Source: Octopus bimaculoides (Eukaryota). From it: 51,144 nucleotides of DNA. Where the stretch lies: positions 17,032,191-17,083,334 of the forward strand of contig NC_068981.1 of the NCBI RefSeq assembly GCF_001194135.2. Direction: 5' to 3'. Shown piece after piece: positions 26,208 to 38,370 of the stretch. The notes under the pieces are model-generated. The model was not told where the DNA came from and ran no database searches. It worked only from the letters and a program-made list of their open reading frames with translations. Numbering within the stretch: the stretch's first letter is position 1; each line of letters starts with the position of its first letter. Position numbers and translations under genes: made by a program.

Positions 26208-26549
26208 TGTTATCCGTAGGATGATGATCGTTTCACAGTTTCATGTAATAATAATTTTTTATTTTAGTGTATGATAAATATGTCTGAACTAATACCTCTG
26301 CGCTAATATGCATGCTATACGTTCCATAGTACTGCTGTACATTAACAAAACAATGCAGATATAGAAGGCTAGCTCTTCAGATCAATAGAACGCATACATT
26401 GATTTGTAAATGTAAGATTGTACAATACAACATATAACATGCATACTAGGGTGACATGTAAAATAATTTATCAGATATCTACTGGTGAATTAAATGTATT
26501 CATCCTTAATAACTCCTGACTTTATGTTCTATAATATTTATATCTGTGC

Positions 26550-26778
26550 ATATGAGTGTCTTTGTAACTTTGTTTGTCCCCCACCACTGCTTGACAAATG
26601 CTGGTGTTTTGTTCACGACCCCCGTAACTTAGCGGTTTGGTAAAAGATACCGATAGTATAAGTAACGAGCTGACAAAAACATAATAAGCGCTGGGGTCGA
26701 TTCGTTAGATTAAAAATTCTCCAAAGTAGTGCACCTGCATGGCGGCAGTCTAATGATTAAAACAAGTAAAAGGTTAAA
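26550..26778 (+). mobile_element. SINE family A 3' half (old)
   Basis: cttgacaaatgctggtgttt...ccccgtaacttagcggtttgg...ggggtcgattcgttagat...aaacaagtaaaag. Confidence 0.8.
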
Positions 26779-26830
26779 CATATATAAATGTATGTATGTA
26801 TTCACATAATATATATACACATACGTATGT

Positions 26831-26888
<58 letters not shown>

Positions 26889-26901
26889 TTATGTATGTAT
26901 T

Positions 26902-26980
<79 letters not shown>

Positions 26981-27454
26981 TGTAAACCAAGTGGATGTGT
27001 TCTATTAGCAAAAATACTATTTAGCCTTGGGTGAGAAGTAAATATCATGGCCAAACTTTAGGTTTTTTTTTTCTCTGTGACCAGAAAGATATTGATCTGA
27101 GTACTTTCAAACTGTGTTAACGTTTCATTTAAGATCGATTACCCATTTCCTGTTATTAACGAAAATACTAACTTACAACTATTTATATAGTGTAGAGACT
27201 AAACTAAATTTCTCTGCTAAATTGTGCGTTTACTTAAAACACATGTTAATGGAGTTTTGTCTTAAATGTCACAAGCCCTTCTATAGTATTTCTATTAATT
27301 CATTCATTGTTATTGCCAACACTTGTACTGTTATGTAAATTAGGTAGACCAATTTAATTCAGTGACAATAAAGGAACATTAACGGTTCGTTTGTTGACGA
27401 AATTAATGGGTGCCTTAATTAGCTGGTGAACAATACGATTTCCCCACTTTCCAG

Positions 27455-27548
27455 TGAAATATGGTGTAGCCAAATCGCGATGTCATTTCGTTTGTAATGA
27501 CATTAAATATGAGATCAGTCAGGTGATGGAATGCCTACCACGAAATAT
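27455..27548 (+). other. Candidate 94-nt coding exon
   Basis: Acceptor tttccccactttccAG, donor GTAAGC, open frame KYGVAKSRCHFVCNDIKYEISQVMECLPRN. Confidence 0.3.
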
Positions 27549-29297
27549 GTAAGCCTCCCTATGTTGTCTATAAACTTTAAAGGCAACCTTAACTGGAGAT
27601 AATCGTTACAAGTTCTACTGTAAACATAAGAAGCGAAGCAAGACGACCAGGATGACATCCTGTGTTATTCTGTAAATATTTCCTTGCAATTTCCTTCACG
27701 TGTGCGGTCATGTGTTTGTGATCTTGTGCCAGTCAAACAGAGTATTCAGAAAAATGGCAAATATTGAATACTTAAACGTTGAAACAGAACTGTAGATTAG
27801 GAAAAATAGTGACTGAAACGTCAGTAGTAATATATATCACATGAATAATTAAATAATGAATTATATATGTGTGAGTACATGTGCGCGCACGTGTATGTCT
27901 ACGTGTATATATATATATGTGTTTCCGTGTGTGTGTTGGTGTGTGCGTTTGCGTGTGTACGTGTGTGCATTTGCGTCTGCATGTGTGTGTACCTATAAAT
28001 ACACCCACATATATATGTATATATATATATACGTGTATACAAAGAGAGATATACGTAGACATATACATGCGCTCTATCTCTTACTGTCTCTCATTCTCTC
28101 TCCAAATATAAAGATATATATTTATCCACACAAAAACACGCACTCACACACGTGTGTGTATGTGTGTGATACAGATATAGGCATCATATATATTTATATA
28201 TATATATGAATGTATGTATGTTCTGTATGCGAGTTTGCGCGTGTGTGCAAAGAGAGATAGAGTTAGACATATTATAATTCAAATACTTATACAAATGTGC
28301 ATATATAAATAGCTACCCAGATACAGGCATACATAGATAAGTATTTGGCCGTGTGTTTATTTATATATGTATAATTCGGGAATATGTTTGCTGTTCTATT
28401 TTGGCGAATATGATAAATTGTTCGTTCATTAAGAGAAAATCAGATAAATATCGGTTTATTTTAGAACGCTGTTCATTTCGAATATAATTTTTATTTCGTT
28501 CAATACTTTGCTGAGATTCTCAGGAATAACGAGCCAGTCAAATTATATGAAGCTTTTAGTCTTTTTATTTTGATTGTTTTTTTATTGACTTATATATTTT
28601 TTGTTGCTTTCATACTTCTTCTTGTTTTGACTACTGAATGTCGTAGTTTATTTTTTGTTTTTTTTTTTACTATTCTGTTTACATTCATTTTCAAATATTC
28701 TTTTTTTATTTTTTATTTCATTTATTTTTTTGGGGGGTCTTTTTAATTGTTATTATTTTTCGTGTTTGTCGACATCTAATGAGTACACTCTTGCCAGTAT
28801 CCAACTCGTGTGTTTATATTGGAAAGATAGGAAAATAATTAGTATCGGAGTGACGGGTGAGATGGGGAGGGGGTTAGATGTAGTTCATATACTGTCGTTT
28901 CAGTTGGTTTTGTTGTGTTCGATTTACTTTCTCCCCTTTGAACGGTTCATGCTATTTGTAATCTGCCGAAATTGGGTTTGACACTAAATTAGTTTCTCAC
29001 AGAATTTTTGGTTATCTTTCGTAGCGTTAATGTAACACCTTTTTCACAATTTTCTACTTTCAACAAATAAGTTCTAACGCATGAAATCGTACTTCCGGTT
29101 TAGAGTCATAAACAGCTGTAATTAACCCACTAAATCTTCATACAACTTGAAAGAATGCTGCTACTATGTACAAGGTGGTACACCTACCTAACTATCTGAG
29201 GAAGGGCAAGTACATTATCCATATTTAAGCCTTGCTTTACAAACCATTTAATCTCCTTCATGTTAAGATATTCACCTTGTGTGTAGCGTTCATAACT

Positions 29298-29486
29298 TTA
29301 CGTCACTTTACGTCACTTTACGTCACTGCCATCCATTTACGTCACCATTTACAATTTATACCACTTGGCATTGCCTACGTCATTTTACGTAATTTTACGT
29401 CATTTCCGTCACTGCATCATCAATCGTCTGTTTGCCATTTGCCGTCATTTCCCTAGTTTTACACCAGTTTATATACTCTTACGTAA
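29298..29486. repeat. Cluster of TTACGTCA/TTACGTAA motifs, partly as a 10-bp tandem repeat
   Basis: TTACGTCA at 29298, 29308, 29318, 29337 and 29395; CTACGTCA at ~29375; TTACGTAA at 29385 and 29479. Confidence 0.85.
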
Positions 29487-29598
29487 ATTCGTCCCCAGTT
29501 TTTAACTGATAGTTGCATTACCTCATCAAAAACTACCTTCTCTCTCACGTGCTCTCTCACTCACTCTCTGTCACTGTCTCCTTCTCTATCTCTCTCTA

Positions 29599-29654
<56 letters not shown>

Positions 29655-30624
29655 GCTCTCATTCTCACTCTCTCTTTCTCTATATCTATCTTTCTTACCC
29701 GTTATCATTTTCTCGCTCACGCGCTCTATTTTTGTGTGTGTGTGTGTGTGTGTATGTGTATCTGTGTGTGTGTGCGTGTATGTGCGTGTGTGTGCATGTA
29801 TGTGAGTGTTGTGTGTGCGCGCGCGTGTTTGTGTGCGCATGTGTAAACGTTTTGCTTTCTTATAAAGATCTCAATAGCATAACTCCATTACATCTATCTA
29901 ACATTATGCATGCGCACTGCATTTGATTTCCAACATTTTCCTTAATCATTCCTCTTCAAAACAGTCTCAAAACAAATTTATTCTCAGTCCAATGCATACT
30001 GGAAACCCAGTAATACTAATATGTATTGTTCCAACAACTTCCAACCAATTCCTGTCTTCAGCTTCTGTCTTCTAATCTCAGAATAATAAGTAACACAGAA
30101 GCACTTAATATTCTCCTTTTCTGAATATTTCACGCCTAAAATATCATTTCAATCTTCAATAGAATTACATTTGTATACCAATGAAACTAAGTGCTGATTA
30201 AATGCACACATGCCATATTATTTACACTAAGCAAGAAGATGTTTTATTACACGAGACTTGGGGAAATTTTCCACCAGGTATATATAACTAATATGTACAC
30301 GGCTATAGACGCTTCTATAATCTAACCAATACGGACACTTTGGTGCTCTGACCAAACACTCACAACTATATATATAAAACAGAAATATGCTATTATCTTT
30401 TGCTGCTATAAGTATAAACGAGTGCACACAACAGATACAAGGAGTCCTGTGTTTTGTACAAAGAGCTAATAATTCTGAGACAAAAAAAAAAGGAAATGGA
30501 ATAAGGGAACAGATTCTAAGAGAGAGATATCATCCTTAGTTTTATTACTTTTCTGGTATTCTTTCATCGAGCAAAAATAATTGGAAGTCTTGAAAGATAA
30601 ACTGTTATTATACTCTCTCGTTCT

Positions 30625-30706
30625 GACGGCGAGCTGGCAGAATCGTTAGCACGCCGGGTGAAATGCTTAGCGGTATTTCGCCTGCCGTTACGTTCTGAGT
30701 TCAAAT
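30625..30706 (+). mobile_element. SINE family D head, truncated at the B-box
   Basis: ggcgagctggcagaatcgttagcacgccgggtgaaatgcttagcggtatttcg...gagttcaaat. Confidence 0.88.
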
Positions 30707-30713
30707 GGAAAGA

Positions 30714-30762
30714 GTCTTACAGCTGTTTCAGGGAAAATCCAACGTATCCCTTCATCGGAGAC
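30714..30762 (-). ncRNA. Minimal type I hammerhead ribozyme-like motif (Penelope-like LTR type), with a U4C core variant
   Basis: Minus strand reads GUCU-CCGAUGA-AGGGA(12-nt loop)UCCCU-GAAAC-AGCU-GUA-AGAC: stem I of 4 bp, stem II of 5 bp, 2-bp stem III with a palindromic tetraloop, GUA cleavage triplet. Confidence 0.75.
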
Positions 30763-30791
30763 AGAAATAGTGGAGGAATACCCTTCTTAAC

Positions 30792-30840
<49 letters not shown>

Positions 30841-30841
30841 G

Positions 30842-31010
30842 CATACGATGGACTTCTTTTAGTTTCCGTTTACCAAACCCACTCACAAGGCTTTGGTCGG
30901 CCCGAAGCTATAGTACAAGACACTCGCCCAAGGTGCCACGCATTGGGACTGAACCCGGAACCATGTGGTTGGTAAGCAAGCTGCTTACCACAGAACCACT
31001 TCTGCGCCTA
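30842..31010 (-). mobile_element. SINE family A 5' half
   Basis: Matches the head and CORE-like part of 3595-4002 and ends in a (TA)n run. Confidence 0.9.
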
Positions 31011-31814
31011 TGAATATAATAAACTATATTATGAAGTGATTACGATTTTACCCGTAACATGACAGGTAACTTTGAAAGTATATTTTTGCCGCTATTGGTA
31101 ACATAATGAAATATTCCACACATACAATTATCATAAAAATTTAACTTTAATCCTAATTTCATGGTGATTATACCAAATGATGAATTTTAATCTTCAAAAG
31201 AAAAATACTTACTACCTTAAAATAAGTAAAAGAAATTTCTCATTTGTATGTTTGCAACATATTTAGCATCTGCTTTCTAACATAGCATTGGGTCAATCCA
31301 GCAAAGACATTTCTTTAGTAACAAATTCAATACGTTGCCCGAATTAACACAATGATCTGGTCCTTATGTGATTTAGAGAACCGCAATATTGATAAGAAAA
31401 AACAGTAAATGTTGCAAGTCGAACCTTAGAAAAGTCTTGTATATTTTTATGTTCGATTTATTCATTATATTTACAAAGTGTATTCCAGTTAGTCATTTTT
31501 CTTTTACTGAAGATTTTAGCATCTCCAATCACGCACATTACTAAAGTATGCCAGTGCAAGAATAATTATTGGAAGAAATATGAATTTATGATCAGCGTAG
31601 AGAAGTTGCAGGTTTCAAAAATAGTATCAATAAATAGACGAGTCGATTTTGGAATGAATGTTCAGATATATATAGAACGGCAGACATTCATTACTTTATG
31701 TCATAGCTTTTGCCTGTCCGTCTGTGTCTCTGTATGAATGCATGATCTATGTACATACACACACGCACAAACATGCACACACATACACACATACAAACAC
31801 ATATACATGCATCC

Positions 31815-31859
<45 letters not shown>

Positions 31860-32507
31860 AACAGAACGCCGACACCATGGGATTTATTTAAAGAAAATGC
31901 AAAATCTCAGAACTTAATTATGAAAGATTAATTTAATTTAATTTATTTCAATTTATTTTTCTTTTTATTTCAGCATGATTGACTAAATCAACCTTTTAAA
32001 TTGATTGAAACGGATGGCTTATTTAAATAAGAATGTAAATACTCTATCATTTTGTGCTATGATAAAGTTCTTAAAGAATTTTCTTCTTTTTGCCTTTTTA
32101 ATACGCACATACACATATAACATTCATATATATATATATATATATANNNNNNNNNNNNNNNNNNNNNNNNNNNNNNNNNNNNNNNNNNNNNNNNNNNNNN
32201 NNNNNNNNNNNNNNNNNNNNNNNNNNNNNNNNNNNNNNNNNNNNNNNNNNNNNNNNNNNNNNNNNNNNNNNNNNNNNNNNNNNNNNNNNNNNNNNNNNNN
32301 NNNNNNNNNNNNNNNNNNNNNNNNNNNNNNNNNNNNNNNNNNNNNNNNNNNNNNNNNNNNNNNNNNNNNNNNNNNNNNNNNNNNNNNNNNNNNNNNNNNN
32401 NNNNNNNNNNNNNNNNNNNNNNNNNNNNNNNNNNNNNNNNNNNNNNNNNNNNNNNNNNNNNNNNNNNNNNNNNNNNNNNNNNNNNNNNNNNNNNNNNNNN
32501 NNNNNNN

Positions 32508-32538
<31 letters not shown>

Positions 32539-32586
32539 CTTTGTATATGAATGTTGAATGGAGGTTAATATTTTAAAACTAGATTT

Positions 32587-32803
32587 AAGGCAATAGAGCT
32601 GATAGAATCGTTATTGCGCCGGGCAAAATGCTTTGTATTATTTCGTCCGTCTTTATGTTCTGAATTCAAATTCCGCCAGGGCCGACTTTGCCGTTCATCT
32701 TTTCAGGGTCGATAAGATAAGTTCCAACTGAATGCTGAGATGGATGAAATTGACTTAACCCCTGTGCTCGAAATGTCTGGCTTTGTGCCAAAATTTGAAA
32801 CGA
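32587..32803 (+). mobile_element. SINE family D, tail type 3
   Basis: A and B boxes, gggtcgataagataagttcc, tail tttgtgccaaaatttgaaac. Confidence 0.85.
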
Positions 32804-33388
32804 ATGTGTTAAAGCTTAGATTAAAAATAAGGAACATTAACCGATTGACTGACTCAATGCTATGAGTAAAGCCAAAATAAATGAAGTCTTAGTCAACATG
32901 AATTTACTATCGTTAATTTTATTTAATTTTTTCGGTTAGTGACGTAATTTTAAAGTTAATGGAGTATATTGTATAATTTTCATACATTAATTTGGCTTGG
33001 GTTTTTCTTCCCTTTCACCTAAATCGAATCACCATTTCAATTAATAGGAGCTCTTTAATAAGAAGTAATTAACGGCATATTAATTACATTGCATAACGTT
33101 ATTACATTACAGAAGAGGAAGCCTTTTTCAAAACAAAGCAATATGAAAGATATTTGGTGAAGAAGTATGTCAATAAGGGTGTCATTCTATTATAGATAAA
33201 TATGTATATGTGTGTGTGTATTGTATACATGTGTGTATGCATCGGCACTCTTCTTACAGCATTAAGAGTATTTTAACTCTTATTTCTAGTAATGTAGGTG
33301 CTCTGACACCCTTAATTACACTTATACATATATATGGTATATAGACACACATAGATATACATATATGCACATAGAGATATGTATGGTA

Positions 33389-33424
<36 letters not shown>

Positions 33425-34188
33425 NNNNNNNNNNNNNNNNNNNNNNNNNNNNNNNNNNNNNNNNNNNNNNNNNNNNNNNNNNNNNNNNNNNNNNNNNNNN
33501 NNNNNNNNNNNNNNNNNNNNNNNNNNNNNNNNNNNNNNNNNNNNNNNNNNNNNNNNNNNNNNNNNNNNNNNNNNNNNNNNNNNNNNNNNNNNNNNNNNNN
33601 NNNNNNNNNNNNNNNNNNNNNNNNNNNNNNNNNNNNNNNNNNNNNNNNNNNNNNNNNNNNNNNNNNNNNNNNNNNNNNNNNNNNNNNNNNNNNNNNNNNN
33701 NNNNNNNNNNNNNNNNNNNNNNNNNNNNNNNNNNNNNNNNNNNNNNNNNNNNNNNNNNNNNNNNNNNNNNNNNNNNNNNNNNNNNNNNNNNNNNNNNNNN
33801 NNNNNNNNNNNNNNNNNNNNNNNNNNNNNNNNNNNNNNNNNNNNNNNNNNNNNNNNNNNNNNNNNNNNNNNNNNNNNNNNNNNNNNNNNNNNNNNNNNNN
33901 NNNNNNNNNNNNNNNNNNNNNNNNNNNNNNNNNNNNNNNNNNNNNNNNNNNNNNNNNNNNNNNNNNNNNNNNNNNNNNNNNNNNNNNNNNNNNNNNNNNN
34001 NNNNNNNNNNNNNNNNNNNNNNNNNNNNNNNNNNNNNNNNNNNNNNNNNNNNNNNNNNNNNNNNNNNNNNNNNNNNNNNNNNNNNNNNNNNNNNNNNNNN
34101 NNNNNNNNNNNNNNNNNNNNNNNNNNNNNNNNNNNNNNNNNNNNNNNNNNNNNNNNNNNNNNNNNNNNNNNNNNNNNNNNNNNNNNNN

Positions 34189-34225
<37 letters not shown>

Positions 34226-35591
34226 GTATTCTTTTATTCTTTTATTTGTTTCAATTTATAAATTCTTCTGTTCCTCTGTATGTTTCAGCAATAAGGCTGT
34301 GAGCATGCTGGGACACCTATATATATGCATCTATGTATGAATGTCTATATATACATATATATATATATATATATAAGATACATGTATATACATAACGCAT
34401 ATACACACACTCGCATTATACATGTTTATATATATTACATATATGCGTATATATGTACTTTTATATATGCATATATCCATACATATACACACACACAAAC
34501 ACTTGTGCATGTATGCGTGATGTGTGTGTGTGTGCGTGTTCGTGTGCGTACATGTGTGCGCGTGCGGTTGGGTGCGTGTGTGTGCGTGTGTGTATGTGTG
34601 TGTAGAAGCTTGATCGATACATTGCCTATAGCCAATCTATCTTTTAGGTATCTACCACCTTGCATTTAAAGTTGGAGTTTAGGAACAAATTCTACGTAAC
34701 TATCATCTCGCGTTGTTTGACTTATATATGTATTATGCATATATCTATGCGTATGTGTTTTGTGTTACGCAAATTAAGTCAGCAATCTCAGTGGAACAAA
34801 TTAAAATCAATATATTGGAAACAGTACAGGAAGACAAGATGACTAAAAGAAGCATCGTTAACACACGGTCTCGACCTCCACTTCAATAAGTCTACGATAG
34901 AAATGTTAAGAAAGACTATTAAACATACGGCGATTTATAAACCCCTTCTTTCTATTATCTACGAGACAATAGGTTAGTGAATATAACAGTTGGTTACAAG
35001 TTAAGGTCAACTATCATATACCTTGGTTCAAATGGAACTAGCCATTTACATCATATGTAGGAGAATAACTAAAAGAATATGTCTGCTACGGATAACGCAA
35101 CCAAAGATATCTACTCAAGTAGATTTTGTAAAGGGCATGGTTTGAAATTCGGCGATTGCTGTCGATTAAGAAAGTCACCCGAAACAGATCGTAAGATACA
35201 TCGGTCGAAAGATTGTGACTATAGCAACCGGTAAGATGGCATATGACCAAATATATAAATGTATAATATAATGATGATAACGCTTGGTCTTAGAAATTCA
35301 AGCAAACTATATATGTATAGATACATTATATACATATATATATTTATATATATATATATATATATACACGTACACACGAACACACGAACGGGTATGTAAA
35401 TATGAGAGGCAGTGTGTAAGTATGTGTATACGTTTGGTAATTTCCTTGGTACATAACTGTAGGAAAGCATCAATCAAAACTGAACTTTGCCAGACACAAC
35501 AGCAGAGATTGGAAGGCCGATTGTTTCCATTTATAGTTATATCAGTTATACAGGAGTTTTTATAACACATTTTTTTCTCTTTTCCACCATT

Positions 35592-35655
<64 letters not shown>

Positions 35656-35782
35656 AAATGTATATTTTTATATATATTATATATTACATTACATTATATT
35701 ATATCTATCTATCTATCTATATATATATATATATATATATATATGGGGGCGTATATCTATGATATAAGTATATTCACACATA

Positions 35783-35998
35783 TAGGCGTAGGAGTGGCTG
35801 TGCGGGAAGTAGCTTGCTTACCGACCACATGGTTCTGAGTTCATTCCTACTGTGTTGCACCTTGGGCAAGTGTCTTCTACTATAACCTCGGGCCGACCAG
35901 AGCCTTGCGAGTGGATTTGGTAGACGAAACTGCCCAAGGTACCACGCAATGGGACTGAACCCGGAACCATGTGGTTGGTAAGCAAGCTACTTACCACA
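35783..35998 (+). mobile_element. SINE family A 5' half fused to an inverted head fragment
   Basis: Forward head at 35783-35930; reverse-complement head at 35931-35998. Confidence 0.9.
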
Positions 35999-38332
35999 TA
36001 TATATAAAGACGACGGGCCTCTGCACAATCTCAAGCTATCAAATTCGTTGACGAGGTATTTGTCGGCTGCCACCTAAACAAACACTGCCTAAGGTACCGT
36101 GTGATGATTCTGATAATGAAACCCCGTTTCAGCTACTTATTGCCGTCGCATCAAGGGCCAGAGTCTATGAGCCAGTGATGTTAATGCTGTTCCATTTAAA
36201 CTGTTACAGTTGAACGATACTCCAGGATAAACATGAGAAGAGAGATTTCACGCAACCGATGTTCTGAGGAGGGTTGGACGGCCTTAGTTATTAGTACGGG
36301 GAAGGGTGGGTAGGTGCACAAATACTGCTTTGCGGTAGAGAAACAAATGGGACGATGGGGGGCGGGTAAGCCTGGATGGTGGAGATACAAGATTAGATAC
36401 AAGTCAGCTCCGAGGCGCAGATGCTATTATTCTAGCAACAAAATAATCAGAAAGGGAAACAGCACCCTTGTGGGCCAGACACTAGAATGCGGTCTTTTGT
36501 GATGGAGAACCAATCAGTCAAGTTGCCCTACTCACGATGTAAGTGTGTACAGCAAAAGCACAGTCTCAGTGGTGGAAGCAGTAATTTTCTGATACCTTCA
36601 CTAGAGTCATATAAAGTATCAGAGCTGTTGGGGGCTGGAAGAGATGAGCCAGTCTTTGAGATGTCCTAGATATGCTAAGCATATGCTTTCGGAAGAGAAG
36701 CCATTTTCTTGACATTAGTACTGCTTCAGCAAATTAGTGTCATAACTTTTACGTAAAAACAGAAAACCTCTGATGAGCCGGTAATGAATGAAGAAACTAA
36801 TCAATTTCGTTTTTTACTCTGTTCTTCAGAGACAGAACTGTGAGTAGGAAGCAATGTCTATTTGTACAATGAGACTAATTTTTGCTAATTAAGGTTCCGC
36901 ACACACACACACACACACACACACATGAATATATGTTGTGTGTAAGAGTGTGTAAGTGTGTGTGTGTGTGTATGCGTGTGTGGGCCTATGCATGTGTGTG
37001 AGTGTGTGTATGCGCGCGCGCGCGTGCGGTTGGGATAGTCGCTTCGCAAACAAGTAATTTCTCGTTTGGTCCCATTTCGCGGCACTTAGCCCTATTGATT
37101 AAATTACAAGATTAATGAAGCACTTGAATCGACCTGATCAAACTTAAACTTTTCAAGGTAGTACCCCAGCATGGCCGCAACCCTAAAACTGATGCAAGTA
37201 AAATGAAGTAGGTTTTTATATTTCTTCGTGCGTGTGTGTGCGTGCGTGTGTATGTTTGTACGTGTGTGTGTGCGTACGCGTGCACGTGTAGGTGTTTTTG
37301 TGTGTAAAACGTGGTTTCACTTTCGTTCTTACGTTTTAGATTTCTTCTTTAATAATTTCTCTCGAGTTGTTAGCAGTTAGTTTGAAACAGTAAATTTCCT
37401 TACTTTATTCGCTATCTTTCTAAACTTTAGTCTAATATATTAATAGCGTTTACTTCATAATTTAGTTTAATGCATTTGGTGTTCTGTTTTATGAGATTTT
37501 TCTGATAATGTGTTTGGTTTTTTTATTACGCATTTCATTTATATTGAATTTTTATTGTGACCGCCATATTTATACGTGACAGATATATATATATACGTGT
37601 GAGTATGCTTCAGTGTGTGTGTGTATGTTTATAAGGTGGGGGATGGTATATAATATGCCATTTGTAATAAACACTTCGAGATGGTGAGACCAATTAGTCA
37701 AGCAGCAATTTTCTCCTCTCCCTTCTCCTCGCATCCTCTCTATTCTATACTGTTCTTCTGTCAGATTAATTTAAAGCCAACTTTGTGACTCAACCAATGA
37801 CTTGGCAATGATCCATTGTCCTTAGAATGCACAACAGATTCTTCTATCTTCTCTTGGTCTCCCAAAGGAAGTATAATCATATTTCATTGTAATGTGGGTA
37901 ACGTAGGACAGATTCTAAGATGGAAGAAATATATATTTGGCTCAGCTGCTTCTCTTACGTTCCAACTTACTTAAATCGACTAGTTTTGCATGAAAGTGAG
38001 GGGGAAGGAGTTTGTGAGGTGGCGGTCTCCTGTCTCACTTATTTCCATCTCTAGAAATTTCTTCGGCAACTGTAGGATTCTTCTGTTTATTTCCTCGAGC
38101 TGCAGACTTCAGAATTTCAAACACACACACCCATGTGCATTCCACTTACACACAAACACATATTCTCACTCCATTCTTTCTCTTTTCACTTTCTCTCTCC
38201 CTATCTATCTATCTATCTATCTATTTATCTATCCATCTATCACAAACACACATGAACTTCCTCTCTTTATCCCTCTTTCTTTTCTCTTTTTTGCTCTCTA
38301 TCTCTCATTCACTCTCACTCACACACACACAA

Positions 38333-38370
<38 letters not shown>

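Noticed and set aside
20596-29100. ETS-like ACTTCCGGT motifs at ~20598 and ~29091
   Set aside because: Isolated short motifs that appear to lie in decayed repeat sequence; no other promoter evidence
34790-35230. Possible GIY-YIG (YIG) or LINE relic
   Set aside because: Alternative frames give equally weak matches and no consistent motif series
36770-36800. CTGATGAG...GAAAC hammerhead-like core
   Set aside because: No stem II or stem III pairing; also rejected on the same grounds at 45573 and on the minus strand near 2930 and 8120
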